DNA from: an uncultured virus (IMG/VR IMGVR_UViG_3300006128_000009) | Lineage: Duplodnaviria > Heunggongvirae > Uroviricota > Caudoviricetes | Virus record (IMG/VR): IMGVR_UViG_3300006128_000009 | DNA: 64,000 bases | Reading direction: 5' to 3' (one strand) | In this document: one piece after another, positions 1 through 10,328 of the stretch | Layout: every line of letters starts with the position of its first letter | How positions within the stretch are numbered: position 1 is the first letter of the stretch | Translations under genes and position numbers: made by a program | The notes under the pieces: generated by a model | What the model saw: only the letters and a program-made list of their open reading frames with translations | Database searches by the model: none | What the model was told of the DNA's origin: nothing

Positions 1-278
1 TGAACAAATTCGATGTCCTAGTTGAAAAATTATTAAACGAAGCAAAATCATCACGATGCACAAAAGTAACACAGAAATCTCACTCAACAAGAAAAGGTAA
101 AAAGTGGATGAAATGTGTAAAATCACCAAGCGGTGGTTATAAGAGAATTCATTGGGGACAAGCTGGCGTAAGAGTTGGTAAAAATAATCCAAAAAGAAGA
201 AAATCATTCAGAGCAAGACATAAATGTTCTTCCGCAAAGCCCGGTACTCCTAAATATCAAGCTTGTAAAGATTGGTGA
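1..278 (+). CDS. Conserved basic T4-like phage protein (start codon cut by window edge)
   Basis: Manual translation (M)NKFDVLVEKLLNEAK...RRKSFRARHKC...CKDW*; not in ORF track. Confidence 0.7.
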   Translation, partial: NKFDVLVEKLLNEAKSSRCTKVTQKSHSTRKGKKWMKCVKSPSGGYKRIHWGQAGVRVGKNNPKRRKSFRARHKCSSAKPGTPKYQACKDW

Positions 279-297
279 TAAGTAATAATATCATATT

Positions 298-723
298 ATG
301 ATTAATAAATTCGATTCCGTCATCCAAAACTTTTTGGTTGAAAATGAAATACCCGCTTTAACTAATTATATCAGAAATTTAGGAGCACAAGGAACAAATG
401 CTGTAGCTCAAACCGCAGAAACAACTTTAAAAGCAACAACTAATGCTAATCCACAACAGGCTAAAAAAGATCCTGTTCAAAGTTTTGCCGACTTAATTGA
501 TAATAAAAATACACTCTATAATACATGGGATCAATTTGAAACAGATCATCCCGATGTAGTAAAATCATTAAAAGACAAAGGTGCTCCATTGGTAGATAAA
601 AACCAAACACCAGAAAAAGAAGCACCGAAAGATCAATCGGGAACTAATGTTACACCTTATACGATTCAAAGTCCGGAATCTGTAGCATCCCAACAAAACC
701 CAACAACACCAACGGGAAAATAA
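298..723 (+). CDS. Hypothetical late protein
   Basis: ORF; ATAAGTA late-promoter-like motif upstream; KFD..LVE N-terminus. Confidence 0.65.
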   Translation: MINKFDSVIQNFLVENEIPALTNYIRNLGAQGTNAVAQTAETTLKATTNANPQQAKKDPVQSFADLIDNKNTLYNTWDQFETDHPDVVKSLKDKGAPLVDKNQTPEKEAPKDQSGTNVTPYTIQSPESVASQQNPTTPTGK

Positions 724-745
724 TATCTAAAGATATTAAAATTTT

Positions 746-1633
746 ATGAGCAAAAAACAACGCCCAAAAAAAGGTTCTGAACGTAAACAATCAGGAAGAA
801 TCGTTCATGAACAAACCATACCAGATTCCAATAACAAAGAAGACAAAAGTTTATACGTCTTTCAAAGAGATAAAATTTCATTTGATTTATCTATAAAAGA
901 ACTTCCTTGGACTGATAATCAGAAAAAAATAATAGAAACTTTTTTTGATAAAAATACAAAGGTTTTACTTCTAAAAGGACCAGCTGGTACATCTAAAACA
1001 ACATTAGCAATGTATTGTGGTTTAACTTTATTGAACAGAAGAAGAATATCTGATTTGGTTTTAGTTAGATCGGCAGTAGAATCTTCAGATTCTAAGCTTG
1101 GGTTTTTACCGGGCGATATTGCTGAGAAATTCAATGTTTATCTCACACCTTTCCACGATAAATTTGAAGAACTTTTATGTAAAGCACAATTAGACAGATT
1201 AGAAAAAGATAATCGTCTTACTATCTGCCCAATTAACTTTGCTAGAGGTCTTCATTTCTCGGCTAAATTTGTTTGTGCTGATGAAGTTCAGAATTTCTCA
1301 AGAAGAGAAATTCACACATTAATGAGTCGTATTGGTGAATTTTCAAAGGTATTTCTTTGTGGTGATCCAGAACAAAGTGATCTTCCTGTGGGTAAATCCG
1401 GATTCAATGCGATCTATGAATTATTCAATAACGAAGAATCAAGAAAACATGGTATTCATTGCATGGAATTAGGAGAAGAAGACATTGTTCGTTCTGAACT
1501 TTGCAGATTCATAACTCATAAATTCAAAGAACTTCAACTTTTAAAACAACAAGAAGAAGCAAATAGAGCACAACATCACAAAGAAAATAAACATATTGAA
1601 GAAAAAACTTGGAATCCATCAGAAAGTAGATAA
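746..1633 (+). CDS. phoH: PhoH-like ATPase
   Basis: GPAGTSKT P-loop, LGFLPG, RG, DEVQN, GDPEQSD motifs. Confidence 0.93.
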   Translation: MSKKQRPKKGSERKQSGRIVHEQTIPDSNNKEDKSLYVFQRDKISFDLSIKELPWTDNQKKIIETFFDKNTKVLLLKGPAGTSKTTLAMYCGLTLLNRRRISDLVLVRSAVESSDSKLGFLPGDIAEKFNVYLTPFHDKFEELLCKAQLDRLEKDNRLTICPINFARGLHFSAKFVCADEVQNFSRREIHTLMSRIGEFSKVFLCGDPEQSDLPVGKSGFNAIYELFNNEESRKHGIHCMELGEEDIVRSELCRFITHKFKELQLLKQQEEANRAQHHKENKHIEEKTWNPSESR

Positions 1634-1642
1634 ATATAAAAT

Positions 1643-1825
1643 ATGAATAACAATCCTCAATATGCAGTAGTTGAAAATCGCCCAATCGGATGCACTTTCT
1701 GTGGTGCACAAGTTCAGGGTAGAGTCAACGAAAAGAAAGACCCAAAGACAAACGAAACCATAAAGGAATGTCGTTGGTCATGTGGTAGATGTGGTAATCT
1801 TGTTAAGATAGGAAACGTAAAGTAA
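1643..1825 (+). CDS. Small Zn-ribbon protein
   Basis: CTFC...CGRC pairs; ATAAATA upstream. Confidence 0.6.
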   Translation: MNNNPQYAVVENRPIGCTFCGAQVQGRVNEKKDPKTNETIKECRWSCGRCGNLVKIGNVK

Positions 1826-2320
1826 ATGGATTTGGAACAAATCATAAATGAAGTTTATGATACGGCTAATAAGTCGTATCCTGCTTATTCTACACCAGCT
1901 AGAAAGGATTTTGTTCCTCAATCAACAAGAAATACTGCATCTTATCCATATCAAAATGGATTACCACAAGATGATATAACAAATCCTCCACCGGAATCGG
2001 TTCCAAGTATTCCTTGGCCTTTACAAACTGCGGTAGATGATTTTGCTGATAGTTTTGCATTCTTAACAACAGGTGCATCAAAAATAGCATCATGCGTTAA
2101 AAATAATCCATCAATTTCATCAAAACAAAGAGATGATTTGATTGTTCTTTTTAAGAAATGCAAAAAAGCATTAGAATTAATCAGAGATGTTGGTTATGTA
2201 TTTGTAAATGCTTCTAATTTAGCTGGACCACAACCATCTCAGAATCCAGTACAATCACCAGAAACCAAGTTACCAGAATCCGACCCAGTAAGAGCTACAA
2301 TAAAAATAAAGGTAAAATAA
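1826..2320 (+). CDS. Hypothetical protein
   Basis: ORF abutting previous gene. Confidence 0.6.
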   Translation: MDLEQIINEVYDTANKSYPAYSTPARKDFVPQSTRNTASYPYQNGLPQDDITNPPPESVPSIPWPLQTAVDDFADSFAFLTTGASKIASCVKNNPSISSKQRDDLIVLFKKCKKALELIRDVGYVFVNASNLAGPQPSQNPVQSPETKLPESDPVRATIKIKVK

Positions 2321-2325
2321 TTATT

Positions 2326-2354
2326 GACATATTTGTGTTATCATTATAACATAT
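2326..2354 (+). promoter_or_regulatory. Sigma70-type promoter just upstream of ATG 2359
   Basis: TTGACA followed by a TATAAC/CATATT-type -10 region a few nt before the ATG. Confidence 0.5.
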
Positions 2355-2358
2355 TGTT

Positions 2359-2796
2359 ATGTTAAAAATAAAAATTCCTTGGGAAATATTAAAATCAACT
2401 TTAACCGTTTTAGCTGTTTCATCAATTGCTGGTCTTGGAGTATACCTTATTAATGGTAAATTTTGGTCAGCATTTCTATTGATATTTGCACTACAATATA
2501 TTGTTTTTACGTTTATCGGAACAATAATTAAAAATTATTTTACTCAAAAAACATACCAAAAGCAACTAGATACCCTTGAAAATCTTTCTACTATATTAGA
2601 ATGTGCTTATTGCGATAAGTCAAATGTAATGACTTTCTTACCCGATCAGAATGAGAGAGCAGAATTTGAATGTGTATCTTGCAAAAAGAAAAACCTAGTG
2701 AATATACAATTCGTAGTAGCTAGAGTAACAGAACCAGTTATAGTTAATAACCTAACAAGTCCCTCTCTACTTCCTTTACAAGATGAAAACAAATAA
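2359..2796 (+). CDS. Membrane protein with C-terminal Zn ribbon
   Basis: Two hydrophobic helices; CAYC...CVSC. Confidence 0.65.
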   Translation: MLKIKIPWEILKSTLTVLAVSSIAGLGVYLINGKFWSAFLLIFALQYIVFTFIGTIIKNYFTQKTYQKQLDTLENLSTILECAYCDKSNVMTFLPDQNERAEFECVSCKKKNLVNIQFVVARVTEPVIVNNLTSPSLLPLQDENK

Positions 2797-3052
2797 AAAC
2801 TGGAAAGTGATTCACGAAGAAACATCAATGTGGGCTAGATGGATAGCATTATATGAAGCTATAAATCTAATCGCAGATAAATGCGAAGAAAAGGGTATGG
2901 ATTTCGATGATATTGTTTTTAAACCCTTAGAGATAAGAGATTACATCTCTTCTACGGAAGATATTATAGCAAGAAAAATTCTCAATCAAGAATATAATAT
3001 TGATATTCCTTTCTCCGAAACTAATGAGAAAACTGAACATCAGTATGTTTAA
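2783..3052 (+). CDS. Hypothetical protein
   Basis: ORF overlapping upstream gene end. Confidence 0.6.
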   Translation: MKTNKNWKVIHEETSMWARWIALYEAINLIADKCEEKGMDFDDIVFKPLEIRDYISSTEDIIARKILNQEYNIDIPFSETNEKTEHQYV

Positions 3053-3678
3053 TAATCTCCGTAAACATTAGTGTTACTACAAGGATTATCTTCAGGATAA
3101 TTGAAATTACTTTGAGCTAAAGCTTCTAGTGCATCATTATCATTAATAGGTTTATTGCCAACACCAGAACCGGGTGATCCATCTTCGTAACTGTAATCGT
3201 AACGTTTCGCTTTGAAAAACCAAACATAATGTCCACCCAAAGGATTGATTACAAATTCATCTATTACTTCTGTTAATTCATAAACAGAAGCACCTCTTTT
3301 AGGCCAATTAATACGATCACTACCAAATTCAGATAACTGCAAAAGATCACTTGGTTTAGGTTCACTAGATAAACCAAATACCGAAGTAAAATCTTCCGGA
3401 TGTATAACACCATTCAAATCACTGTCAGCGATTATACCAAATTTAGAAAGCAAATAAGAGTCATTAGTAAGATTTAATAAAACTATCATCGATTGACTAT
3501 TTAAAAATCCAGCATCAGGTTCTTCTCCATATAGAACGTTCATTCCTGATAGAGCAGATTTATTAACAAAATAATTTATTTGCTGACCATATATATGAAT
3601 TTGTTCTTTCCACCATATACTGAAAAGATTTCTTTCATTTTGATTTCGTGATTTATCTAAGTAACGAAGTGTTTCCAT
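3049..3678 (-). CDS. Neck/head-completion protein, T4 gp14-like
   Basis: EQIHIYGQ.INY, LYGE, SKFGI, PKPSDL, YE...V, YDYSYE pattern typical of gp14. Confidence 0.7.
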   Translation of the reverse strand: METLRYLDKSRNQNERNLFSIWWKEQIHIYGQQINYFVNKSALSGMNVLYGEEPDAGFLNSQSMIVLLNLTNDSYLLSKFGIIADSDLNGVIHPEDFTSVFGLSSEPKPSDLLQLSEFGSDRINWPKRGASVYELTEVIDEFVINPLGGHYVWFFKAKRYDYSYEDGSPGSGVGNKPINDNDALEALAQSNFNYPEDNPCSNTNVYGDY

Positions 3679-3679
3679 T

Positions 3680-4021
3680 TCAATTTAAATAATATTGTTT
3701 TCTAATAGGACAAAATCCTATTACTACTAAAAAGTTTTCATTACTATTAAGACGTAATGGGCCTTTTGTTTTTACGTTTTCTGGTGTTATATGAGGATGA
3801 TCTTTAAATATTTTCATTGCCTCAAATTCAGGTATCCATCTTCTGATTCCTTTTTTTGCTGCTTCTATCTTTGGATTCTTTTTCTTTTTATGAACTGCTG
3901 CAACCATAGGTCCAATTTTATCCCCTGTGATTCTACTTCCCATCATTCTATTCAACGAATGATGATGAGGTGTTTCCAAACCAAGTTCATCTTTTTCCAA
4001 AAAGAATTGTTTAAAGTTCAT
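3680..4021 (-). CDS. Hypothetical late protein
   Basis: MNFKQFFLE N-terminus; GTAAGTA upstream. Confidence 0.65.
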   Translation of the reverse strand: MNFKQFFLEKDELGLETPHHHSLNRMMGSRITGDKIGPMVAAVHKKKKNPKIEAAKKGIRRWIPEFEAMKIFKDHPHITPENVKTKGPLRLNSNENFLVVIGFCPIRKQYYLN

Positions 4022-4037
4022 TATTAATACTTACAAT

Positions 4038-4063
4038 AAAAAACCCCTCCGAAGAGGGGTTTT
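4038..4063. terminator. Intrinsic terminator (bidirectional-looking)
   Basis: AAAAAACCCCTC-CGAA-GAGGGGTTTT hairpin. Confidence 0.75.
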
Positions 4064-4084
4064 CTAATTTATTTTTAATTTATC

Positions 4085-5014
4085 TTAGTTTTGATCGAAA
4101 AGATATTTGCCTGTCTGAACTGCACCTACATTATTGTCCTTTGCTTGGAGTTTGCTGATACCTGAATCATTTTTGAAATCTTCAGGCTTACCTGTTACTT
4201 TCTTACCCTTTACAACTTCTGCTTTTTTGCCGTTTGACTTTACTGGTGTTGCTGTCTTGATGTAAGAACTTGCTTTCTTGGTGAGACCAGCTTCTAATTT
4301 TTCCTGATCTACGAGAGCATGACCGAGAACATCAGCTTCTACTGCTTCTTCACTGACTTCCTCTTCTTCGTCTTCATGGTCTTCGTGATCTTCATCGGAC
4401 TCTTCTTCATCCTCATGACCTTCATGTTCTTCATCCTCATGACCTTCATGTTCATGGAGTTTGTCTTCTAACTTTGTTACGAGTTCTTTGATTTTTGAAA
4501 TAAGTTCTTCGAGAGATTCGTGTTCTTCCTCTTCTTCTGATTCATCATCACTGAAATAGTCGTCATCTTCTTCCTCATCTTCGTCTTCGGAAGAACGACC
4601 GATTCCTTCAGGACCACCAAAATCACTATCAGGGGTTAATGTGTTATCTGTTTCTGTTGAAAAATCAAATGTATCTTCGGAAATGATTTTCTTGAAAAGT
4701 ACATCAAATGGATTGTTGGATTCCTTATTGAGCTTATCACCCTTGATTGTTAAATCCTTTGTCGAATCGTCAGCTTTCTTAGGTGTTGATTCGGAACCAG
4801 CTGTAGTCAATTCAGAAGGAGCCTCTTCGGGATCTTTGATTTCACCATCAGCTGCTTCTGGACCAGAATCAGCATAGAAATTGTGGGTGTTTTTATCATT
4901 TTCGGAATGACCAAATGGTTTTCCTACTTGCTTTTTGGTTGCGTCTACTGCACCACTGGATGCGTTTTCATTAATTACCTTGAGGTAAGCTGTTTGAAGG
5001 GGATCGAATTTCAT
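4085..5014 (-). CDS. Highly acidic protein, possible prohead core/scaffold
   Basis: Long D/E tract, HEGHEDEE repeat, many L/I-x-E sites, late promoter. Confidence 0.55.
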   Translation of the reverse strand: MKFDPLQTAYLKVINENASSGAVDATKKQVGKPFGHSENDKNTHNFYADSGPEAADGEIKDPEEAPSELTTAGSESTPKKADDSTKDLTIKGDKLNKESNNPFDVLFKKIISEDTFDFSTETDNTLTPDSDFGGPEGIGRSSEDEDEEEDDDYFSDDESEEEEEHESLEELISKIKELVTKLEDKLHEHEGHEDEEHEGHEDEEESDEDHEDHEDEEEEVSEEAVEADVLGHALVDQEKLEAGLTKKASSYIKTATPVKSNGKKAEVVKGKKVTGKPEDFKNDSGISKLQAKDNNVGAVQTGKYLFDQN

Positions 5015-5053
5015 AGTGTTGTTTACAATATTTACTCTTCGCTAATCCCATTT

Positions 5054-5800
5054 CTACAAATTTTTTATTTTTTTACTAATCCAATTTTTAAATTCTTCTT
5101 TGAGGTTTAATGTTATATTAAAAACTCTTTCAAATAGCTTCGGATCTTCTTTATAACTTTCCTGAGATTCTTCCATATAATCCGTAGTATACTGCCAATT
5201 CCAAGATAGTTCATTTGGAACTTCAAACCCGTAAAACTTTAAAACTTGTTTTTGTGTTTTTATAACATTTGCTCCGTTCCAATTATGACCAGTTAATATT
5301 ATACCAGCTTCTATTTTTTCTATAACATTATCTTCTTCTAATGTTGTCCATCTATTTTCAAGCCAATTTAATCTTTCAATTAATTTTTGATAAAAAGCAT
5401 TAGTTTGTCCCCAACGAACAGAACCAAAAAATAAAACCACATCAGATTCAAATAATTCTTTTGTTATTTTCCAAAGCTCATCTTCTTTATGTGCCCAAGA
5501 TACCCAACAACGATGATAACCGGAAGGATTTTTTTGTTTATTTTTTAATAGTGTGTCTTTAACACCACATACATTTCCTTCAGATTCACTTACATTACCA
5601 GAACAAGGTAAAATATTCAAGTCAGGAATATTCAAAATAACAACTTCAATATCATACTTTTCCAATTTATCTTTTATGTATTGTGCGAGTTTAGTGCTTT
5701 TCGGTGTGTCTTTAGATTTAGGTGAACGATTACTCGTTGTTAAAAGAAGAACTTTATTTTTATTTTTTAAATATTCTACTGTTATGTTTAAATTTCTCAT
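5054..5800 (-). CDS. Flavodoxin-like / NADPH-dependent FMN reductase
   Basis: TTSNR..S.KLA, LNILPC, SDVVLFFGSVRWG motifs. Confidence 0.75.
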   Translation of the reverse strand: MRNLNITVEYLKNKNKVLLLTTSNRSPKSKDTPKSTKLAQYIKDKLEKYDIEVVILNIPDLNILPCSGNVSESEGNVCGVKDTLLKNKQKNPSGYHRCWVSWAHKEDELWKITKELFESDVVLFFGSVRWGQTNAFYQKLIERLNWLENRWTTLEEDNVIEKIEAGIILTGHNWNGANVIKTQKQVLKFYGFEVPNELSWNWQYTTDYMEESQESYKEDPKLFERVFNITLNLKEEFKNWISKKIKNL

Positions 5801-5815
5801 ATAAAATAAAGATAC

Positions 5816-6673
5816 TTATGCGTTATTCAACATAATGAGTGCTTCTTTAGAATAATCTAGAGGTTCATATAAAACATAATCATCCTTACCAGCGACCCAA
5901 ACAATACCAAGATCATCAATTTTAAAATTAGTATTTTTTTCAAATATTATTTTATATAGATGCAATTGAAGTGAATATTTTGATAATTCACATTTAGGAA
6001 TATGCTCAAAAGGAGATAGTAAAGATTCTCCATATGAATTTGTCTGTTTGATTTCTTTATTTGTTTTATAGTCAAAAAGAGCAAATGTCCCTTTTTCTTT
6101 ATTAAAGGAAAGATTATCTATAGTTCCACAGATACCAAAATCCTTATCACCAATAACAAATTCCGACTTGATCAAAATGAATTTTTCTTTCCACCATTCA
6201 TAAAAATTATTAAAATTTCTTATGAGTAGAGCCATTTCATTATAATAATTAACTAATTGATCTTCATGCCAATATCCATCACATTTATCTAAATTTGTTG
6301 GATTGGATAAGTGTTGTATCAATGCCTTCTTATCAATTGGAATTTGTCTTCTTTCAAAGAAGTTTTCAACATAAAGATGAAATTCAGAACCCTTATGACA
6401 TGAATAATTTTTATTAGCTTCCCATTTATATAGAACATCCTCTATCAAAACTCCATCTTTTTTCGCAGTTCTTGCTGCATTTGTTTCAGAATCAAATTTC
6501 TTTTCATATTGAGAAATCAGACCAGAAACAGATTTCTTAGCAGGTAATCCGTCAATTTCATATTTGTGATTTTTCTCGAAGAATTTTATTCCAGAGAAAC
6601 AATTATACAAATGAATTAGACTTTTGAAATCAGGCTCTTCCAAATCCAACGACTCTGTCTTTGTTTTCTTCAT
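5816..6673 (-). CDS. PD-(D/E)XK exonuclease (Cas4-like fold)
   Basis: GSEFH, SE, GTID, DYKT, YSLQL..Y motifs. Confidence 0.8.
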   Translation of the reverse strand: MKKTKTESLDLEEPDFKSLIHLYNCFSGIKFFEKNHKYEIDGLPAKKSVSGLISQYEKKFDSETNAARTAKKDGVLIEDVLYKWEANKNYSCHKGSEFHLYVENFFERRQIPIDKKALIQHLSNPTNLDKCDGYWHEDQLVNYYNEMALLIRNFNNFYEWWKEKFILIKSEFVIGDKDFGICGTIDNLSFNKEKGTFALFDYKTNKEIKQTNSYGESLLSPFEHIPKCELSKYSLQLHLYKIIFEKNTNFKIDDLGIVWVAGKDDYVLYEPLDYSKEALIMLNNA

Positions 6674-7856
6674 CAGGTTTTTCCTCGTTAAGATCTACTT
6701 CCTTTTCAAGATTATAAATGTCAGCAACAGCCATAGGCTTTGTGATGCCTTCTATCGTGTCCTTCTTATATGAAAGATGTTTTGCAAGTTTCTTTGAATC
6801 TGAAACCGAAAGTTTACCAAACTCATAATCAACTTGAAGTCTTCCTTTTCTTCTAAGAGCAATGTCAATATCTTGTTTCGGACAGTTATAAGTCAAGATA
6901 ACGGAAGTCTTTAGAATATCACTAAGAATACCATCGGAAAGATTAAGAAGAGCGGACACAGCAGATGAATCAAGTCCATCACCCTGTCTTTTCATAATCG
7001 CCTTTTCAGCATCTTCCAAAATAATAATTGAATTTGATTTTTGAATCAAAACATTTAAACAGTTTGGGTCTGATGTGAAATTCTCAATCATAGTAGTTGG
7101 AATATAGATGAAATCTCTATTGATTTGTCCAGCTAGATATTTGATGTAGGTGGTTTTCCCTGTGCCGGGTGGACCGTGAAACATGAACAAACCACTTTTA
7201 TTATTAGTCAAACGTTCCTTAATTGTAGAATCTACTTCTTCAAATTTGCTACCATAATTAAGTTTAAGATCAATTCCCTCTGGAACATTTACATTAATTG
7301 GTTGGAATGAATATTCGCCATATTGATCCTTGATGAAAAGATGAACTCTTGATCCGGTTTCTGTTACAGTGAACTTTTCAAAATCCTCAAAATGAAAATC
7401 CTGAACAGAAGATGGAGCAAAAATCGCAACGTCGAACTTTCTTTCCACAGAAGGTTTATGATTTCTAATCTCATCTTCTTCCCTAGAAGAAGCAAATCTA
7501 ATTGGAACTCCTCCAATATTAACTTGATCTATTTCGGAATCACCACCCCTATCGGATAGTTTTACAAAAATATCTTTATAAGAAAACCAAAATGCACCAC
7601 CCCTAAATGCAATTTTATTTTTCGTAATATAACTGATTTTACCAGTTGCACTAAACTGAATTAGCTTGCCTTTCTCAAAAAGATAATGGAAAATCTTTTC
7701 ACTATAAGTATCATCCAAATAAAAAACAGAAGGAAATGTGTCATTATTGTTTGTAATATAACGCATTATCGGAAAATCATTTCCACTTGAAACATTATAG
7801 TAATCTTTATCCTTGTTTAGGTTCTTATAGATTTTTGTTTGCTTTATATCGAACAT
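6630..7856 (-). CDS. AAA+ ATPase
   Basis: GPPGTGKT Walker A, IILEDAE Walker B, LLNLSDG, ALRRKGR. Confidence 0.88.
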   Translation of the reverse strand: MFDIKQTKIYKNLNKDKDYYNVSSGNDFPIMRYITNNNDTFPSVFYLDDTYSEKIFHYLFEKGKLIQFSATGKISYITKNKIAFRGGAFWFSYKDIFVKLSDRGGDSEIDQVNIGGVPIRFASSREEDEIRNHKPSVERKFDVAIFAPSSVQDFHFEDFEKFTVTETGSRVHLFIKDQYGEYSFQPINVNVPEGIDLKLNYGSKFEEVDSTIKERLTNNKSGLFMFHGPPGTGKTTYIKYLAGQINRDFIYIPTTMIENFTSDPNCLNVLIQKSNSIIILEDAEKAIMKRQGDGLDSSAVSALLNLSDGILSDILKTSVILTYNCPKQDIDIALRRKGRLQVDYEFGKLSVSDSKKLAKHLSYKKDTIEGITKPMAVADIYNLEKEVDLNEEKPDEENKDRVVGFGRA

Positions 7857-7940
7857 ATGAGAATATTAACAGCTGTCCTCTTCATGTTCAAGTATTTTTT
7901 TGAGATTGACTTATTTTTTTAAAATGATATCATTCTGTGA

Positions 7941-8138
7941 ATGAAAAAACTTATACCGATATTCATATTTTTAGATATAGTTTATGTAGTTTCATCTCCA
8001 TTTCTTTTAATTTGGAGTTTTAATAATCTGTTTAAATTGAACATAGAATATAATTTTAATACTTTTTGTTCAATGTTCATCATTATCAATATATTACATG
8101 AACTCATATCTACAAATAGATATAAGAAAAATGAATAA
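7941..8138 (+). CDS. Small membrane protein
   Basis: Two hydrophobic segments; TTGACT promoter upstream. Confidence 0.5.
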   Translation: MKKLIPIFIFLDIVYVVSSPFLLIWSFNNLFKLNIEYNFNTFCSMFIIINILHELISTNRYKKNE

Positions 8139-8147
8139 ATATATTGG

Positions 8148-8525
8148 ATGAAAAAGCTAACCAAAACACAAATTAATAAACTTTATGATCAATGTTTGAA
8201 TTTAGCTAGAAGAAAACCACCTGAATTTTTCTTATTTAAGAAATTAAGAGGTGCTGATGGTCTTTGTAACTGGGATGATATTACTATAGATCCACGTGGA
8301 GAAGTCATAGCAACTGCATATCATGAGTTAATCCATTATCTAGAACCAGATTGGAGTGAAACTCAAGTTATGTATGCTGAATCCAGATTACGTAATAATT
8401 TAACTTATTTGGATCATGCTAGATTTTTAAAATATATTAGTATGAAATTATACAAATCCGAACTACAAAGATCAATTACCAAAAAAACAAAGAAAAATAA
8501 AAAACCAACAAAAATTAAAAAATAA
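8148..8525 (+). CDS. Hypothetical protein with HExxH motif
   Basis: HELIH. Confidence 0.55.
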   Translation: MKKLTKTQINKLYDQCLNLARRKPPEFFLFKKLRGADGLCNWDDITIDPRGEVIATAYHELIHYLEPDWSETQVMYAESRLRNNLTYLDHARFLKYISMKLYKSELQRSITKKTKKNKKPTKIKK

Positions 8526-8580
8526 GAGTTGTTTTGATAGGGAAGTTCAGCTAGAATACTAATAAGTATTAGTATAAATT

Positions 8581-9570
8581 ATGAAAAGCGAACTAACTAA
8601 GATATTTGACGAACAAATCAGCCGTAAACCTAACCTCTATCCTTGGACAGAAGAATTCATCGAAGCAATGCACAATGGCTTCTGGACTGACAAAGAATTC
8701 TCATTTAAATCAGATGTTCAACAATTCAAAGTAAATCTCACAGAACAAGAAAGAGAAATTATTATTCGTACTCTCTCAGCAATCGGTCAAATTGAAATTG
8801 CAGTCAAAACTTTTTGGGCAAAGCTTGGAGAAAATCTTCCACATCCTGCCATGCAAGATCTTGGGTATGTGATGGCAAACACAGAAGTTATTCACAATAA
8901 TGCTTACGAAAGACTCCTTTCTGTACTCGGACTTGAAGATGTATTTGAAGAAAACTTGAAACTTGAATGGATTCAAGGTCGTGTAAAATATCTTCGTAAG
9001 TATACCCACAAGTATTACAAAGATTCAAAGAAGCAATATCTTTATGCAATCATTCTCTTTACTTTATTTGTCGAGAATGTTAGTTTGTTTTCTCAGTTCT
9101 ATGTAATCAATTGGTTTGCTCGTTTTAAGAATGTTCTTAAAGATACAGATCAGCAGGTGAAATATACTCGCAACGAAGAGAACATTCATGCTCTTGTTGG
9201 TATCAAAATCGTCAACACCATTCGTCAGGAATATCCAGAACTTTTTGACGAAGATCTTGAAAACAAAATAATACAAGAAGCAGGTGAAGCATTTAAGTCT
9301 GAAGCAAAGATTGTTGATTGGATGATTAATGGAATCCAAGAAGATGGACTCACTGCTCCTATTGTTAAAGAATTCATCAAGAATCGCATTAATGAATCAC
9401 TTGTTCAAATTGGTTTCAGAAAAGCTTTTGAAGTTGATAAGGAAATTCTTAAAGAAACAAAATGGTTTACAGAAGAATTATTTGGAAATAATATGACGGA
9501 TTTTTTCCACCAAAAGCCAACTGAGTACTCAAAAAAGGATCAATGTTTTGATGAATCTGAATTATTTTAA
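8581..9570 (+). CDS. nrdB: Ribonucleotide reductase class I beta subunit
   Basis: EVIHNNAY, VENVSLFSQF, EENIH iron ligands and Tyr; DFF..K.TEY tail. Confidence 0.95.
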   Translation: MKSELTKIFDEQISRKPNLYPWTEEFIEAMHNGFWTDKEFSFKSDVQQFKVNLTEQEREIIIRTLSAIGQIEIAVKTFWAKLGENLPHPAMQDLGYVMANTEVIHNNAYERLLSVLGLEDVFEENLKLEWIQGRVKYLRKYTHKYYKDSKKQYLYAIILFTLFVENVSLFSQFYVINWFARFKNVLKDTDQQVKYTRNEENIHALVGIKIVNTIRQEYPELFDEDLENKIIQEAGEAFKSEAKIVDWMINGIQEDGLTAPIVKEFIKNRINESLVQIGFRKAFEVDKEILKETKWFTEELFGNNMTDFFHQKPTEYSKKDQCFDESELF

Positions 9571-9602
9571 TATTCTACAGGTCGAGTAGAGTAAGTATAA
9601 AT

Positions 9603-10328
9603 ATGGCAATACCATATTTTTATATTATAAGACATAAACCAACTAAAAAATATTATGCTGGTTGTAAAATAAATTCATCAGCAGATTCATCAAATTTTAT
9701 GACTGAATCTGGATATAAGACTACTTCAAAAATCATAAAAGATTTGATAAAGAAAGATGGTATAAATTCATTTGAAGTTTTAAAAATAAAACATTTTAAA
9801 ACACCAGAAGAAACTTTATCATATGAATCAAGATTCTTAATAAAAGTAAATGCTGCTGAAAATCCAAGATTTTTTAATAAACATAATGGTGGTAAAAACT
9901 TTGTAAACAAAGGAGGTTATAGATTATCGGAAGCTACAAAGAATAAAATGAGAAAACCTAAATCAAAAGAAACTATACAAAAACAAAAAGAAGCCTTAAA
10001 GAAAAGAAGTAAAGAATCTTGGAAGAAAATGGTAGAAACTCGTAGAAAAAAAGGTTTACCTTGGATTTCTGACAAACAAAGAGAAAAAGTAAAAGAATTC
10101 AACAAAAGATATTGGAATGAAAAAACAAAAGAAGAACAAAGACTTAGAATGATAGAATTCTATAAAAAAAATCCTATTTCCGAAGAAACAAGAGAAAAAC
10201 TTAAAAAAGTTAATGCTGGTAAAAATAATAATATGTTTGGTAAAACTCACAACGAATCAACTAGAGAAAAAATGAAACTAGCTTGGGCTAAAAGAAAAGA
10301 GAAAAACAAACTAAGTATTAATTTATGA
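9603..10328 (+). CDS. GIY-YIG (Seg-like) homing endonuclease with NUMOD3-type repeats
   Basis: YFYIIRH...YYAG, YKTSS, E..FFNK; SEETREK and NNMFGKTH repeats. Confidence 0.8.
   Translation: MAIPYFYIIRHKPTKKYYAGCKINSSADSSNFMTESGYKTTSKIIKDLIKKDGINSFEVLKIKHFKTPEETLSYESRFLIKVNAAENPRFFNKHNGGKNFVNKGGYRLSEATKNKMRKPKSKETIQKQKEALKKRSKESWKKMVETRRKKGLPWISDKQREKVKEFNKRYWNEKTKEEQRLRMIEFYKKNPISEETREKLKKVNAGKNNNMFGKTHNESTREKMKLAWAKRKEKNKLSINL

Noticed and set aside
5816..6673. Cas4 as part of a CRISPR system
   Set aside because: Stand-alone PD-(D/E)XK exonuclease common in phages; no array or other cas genes
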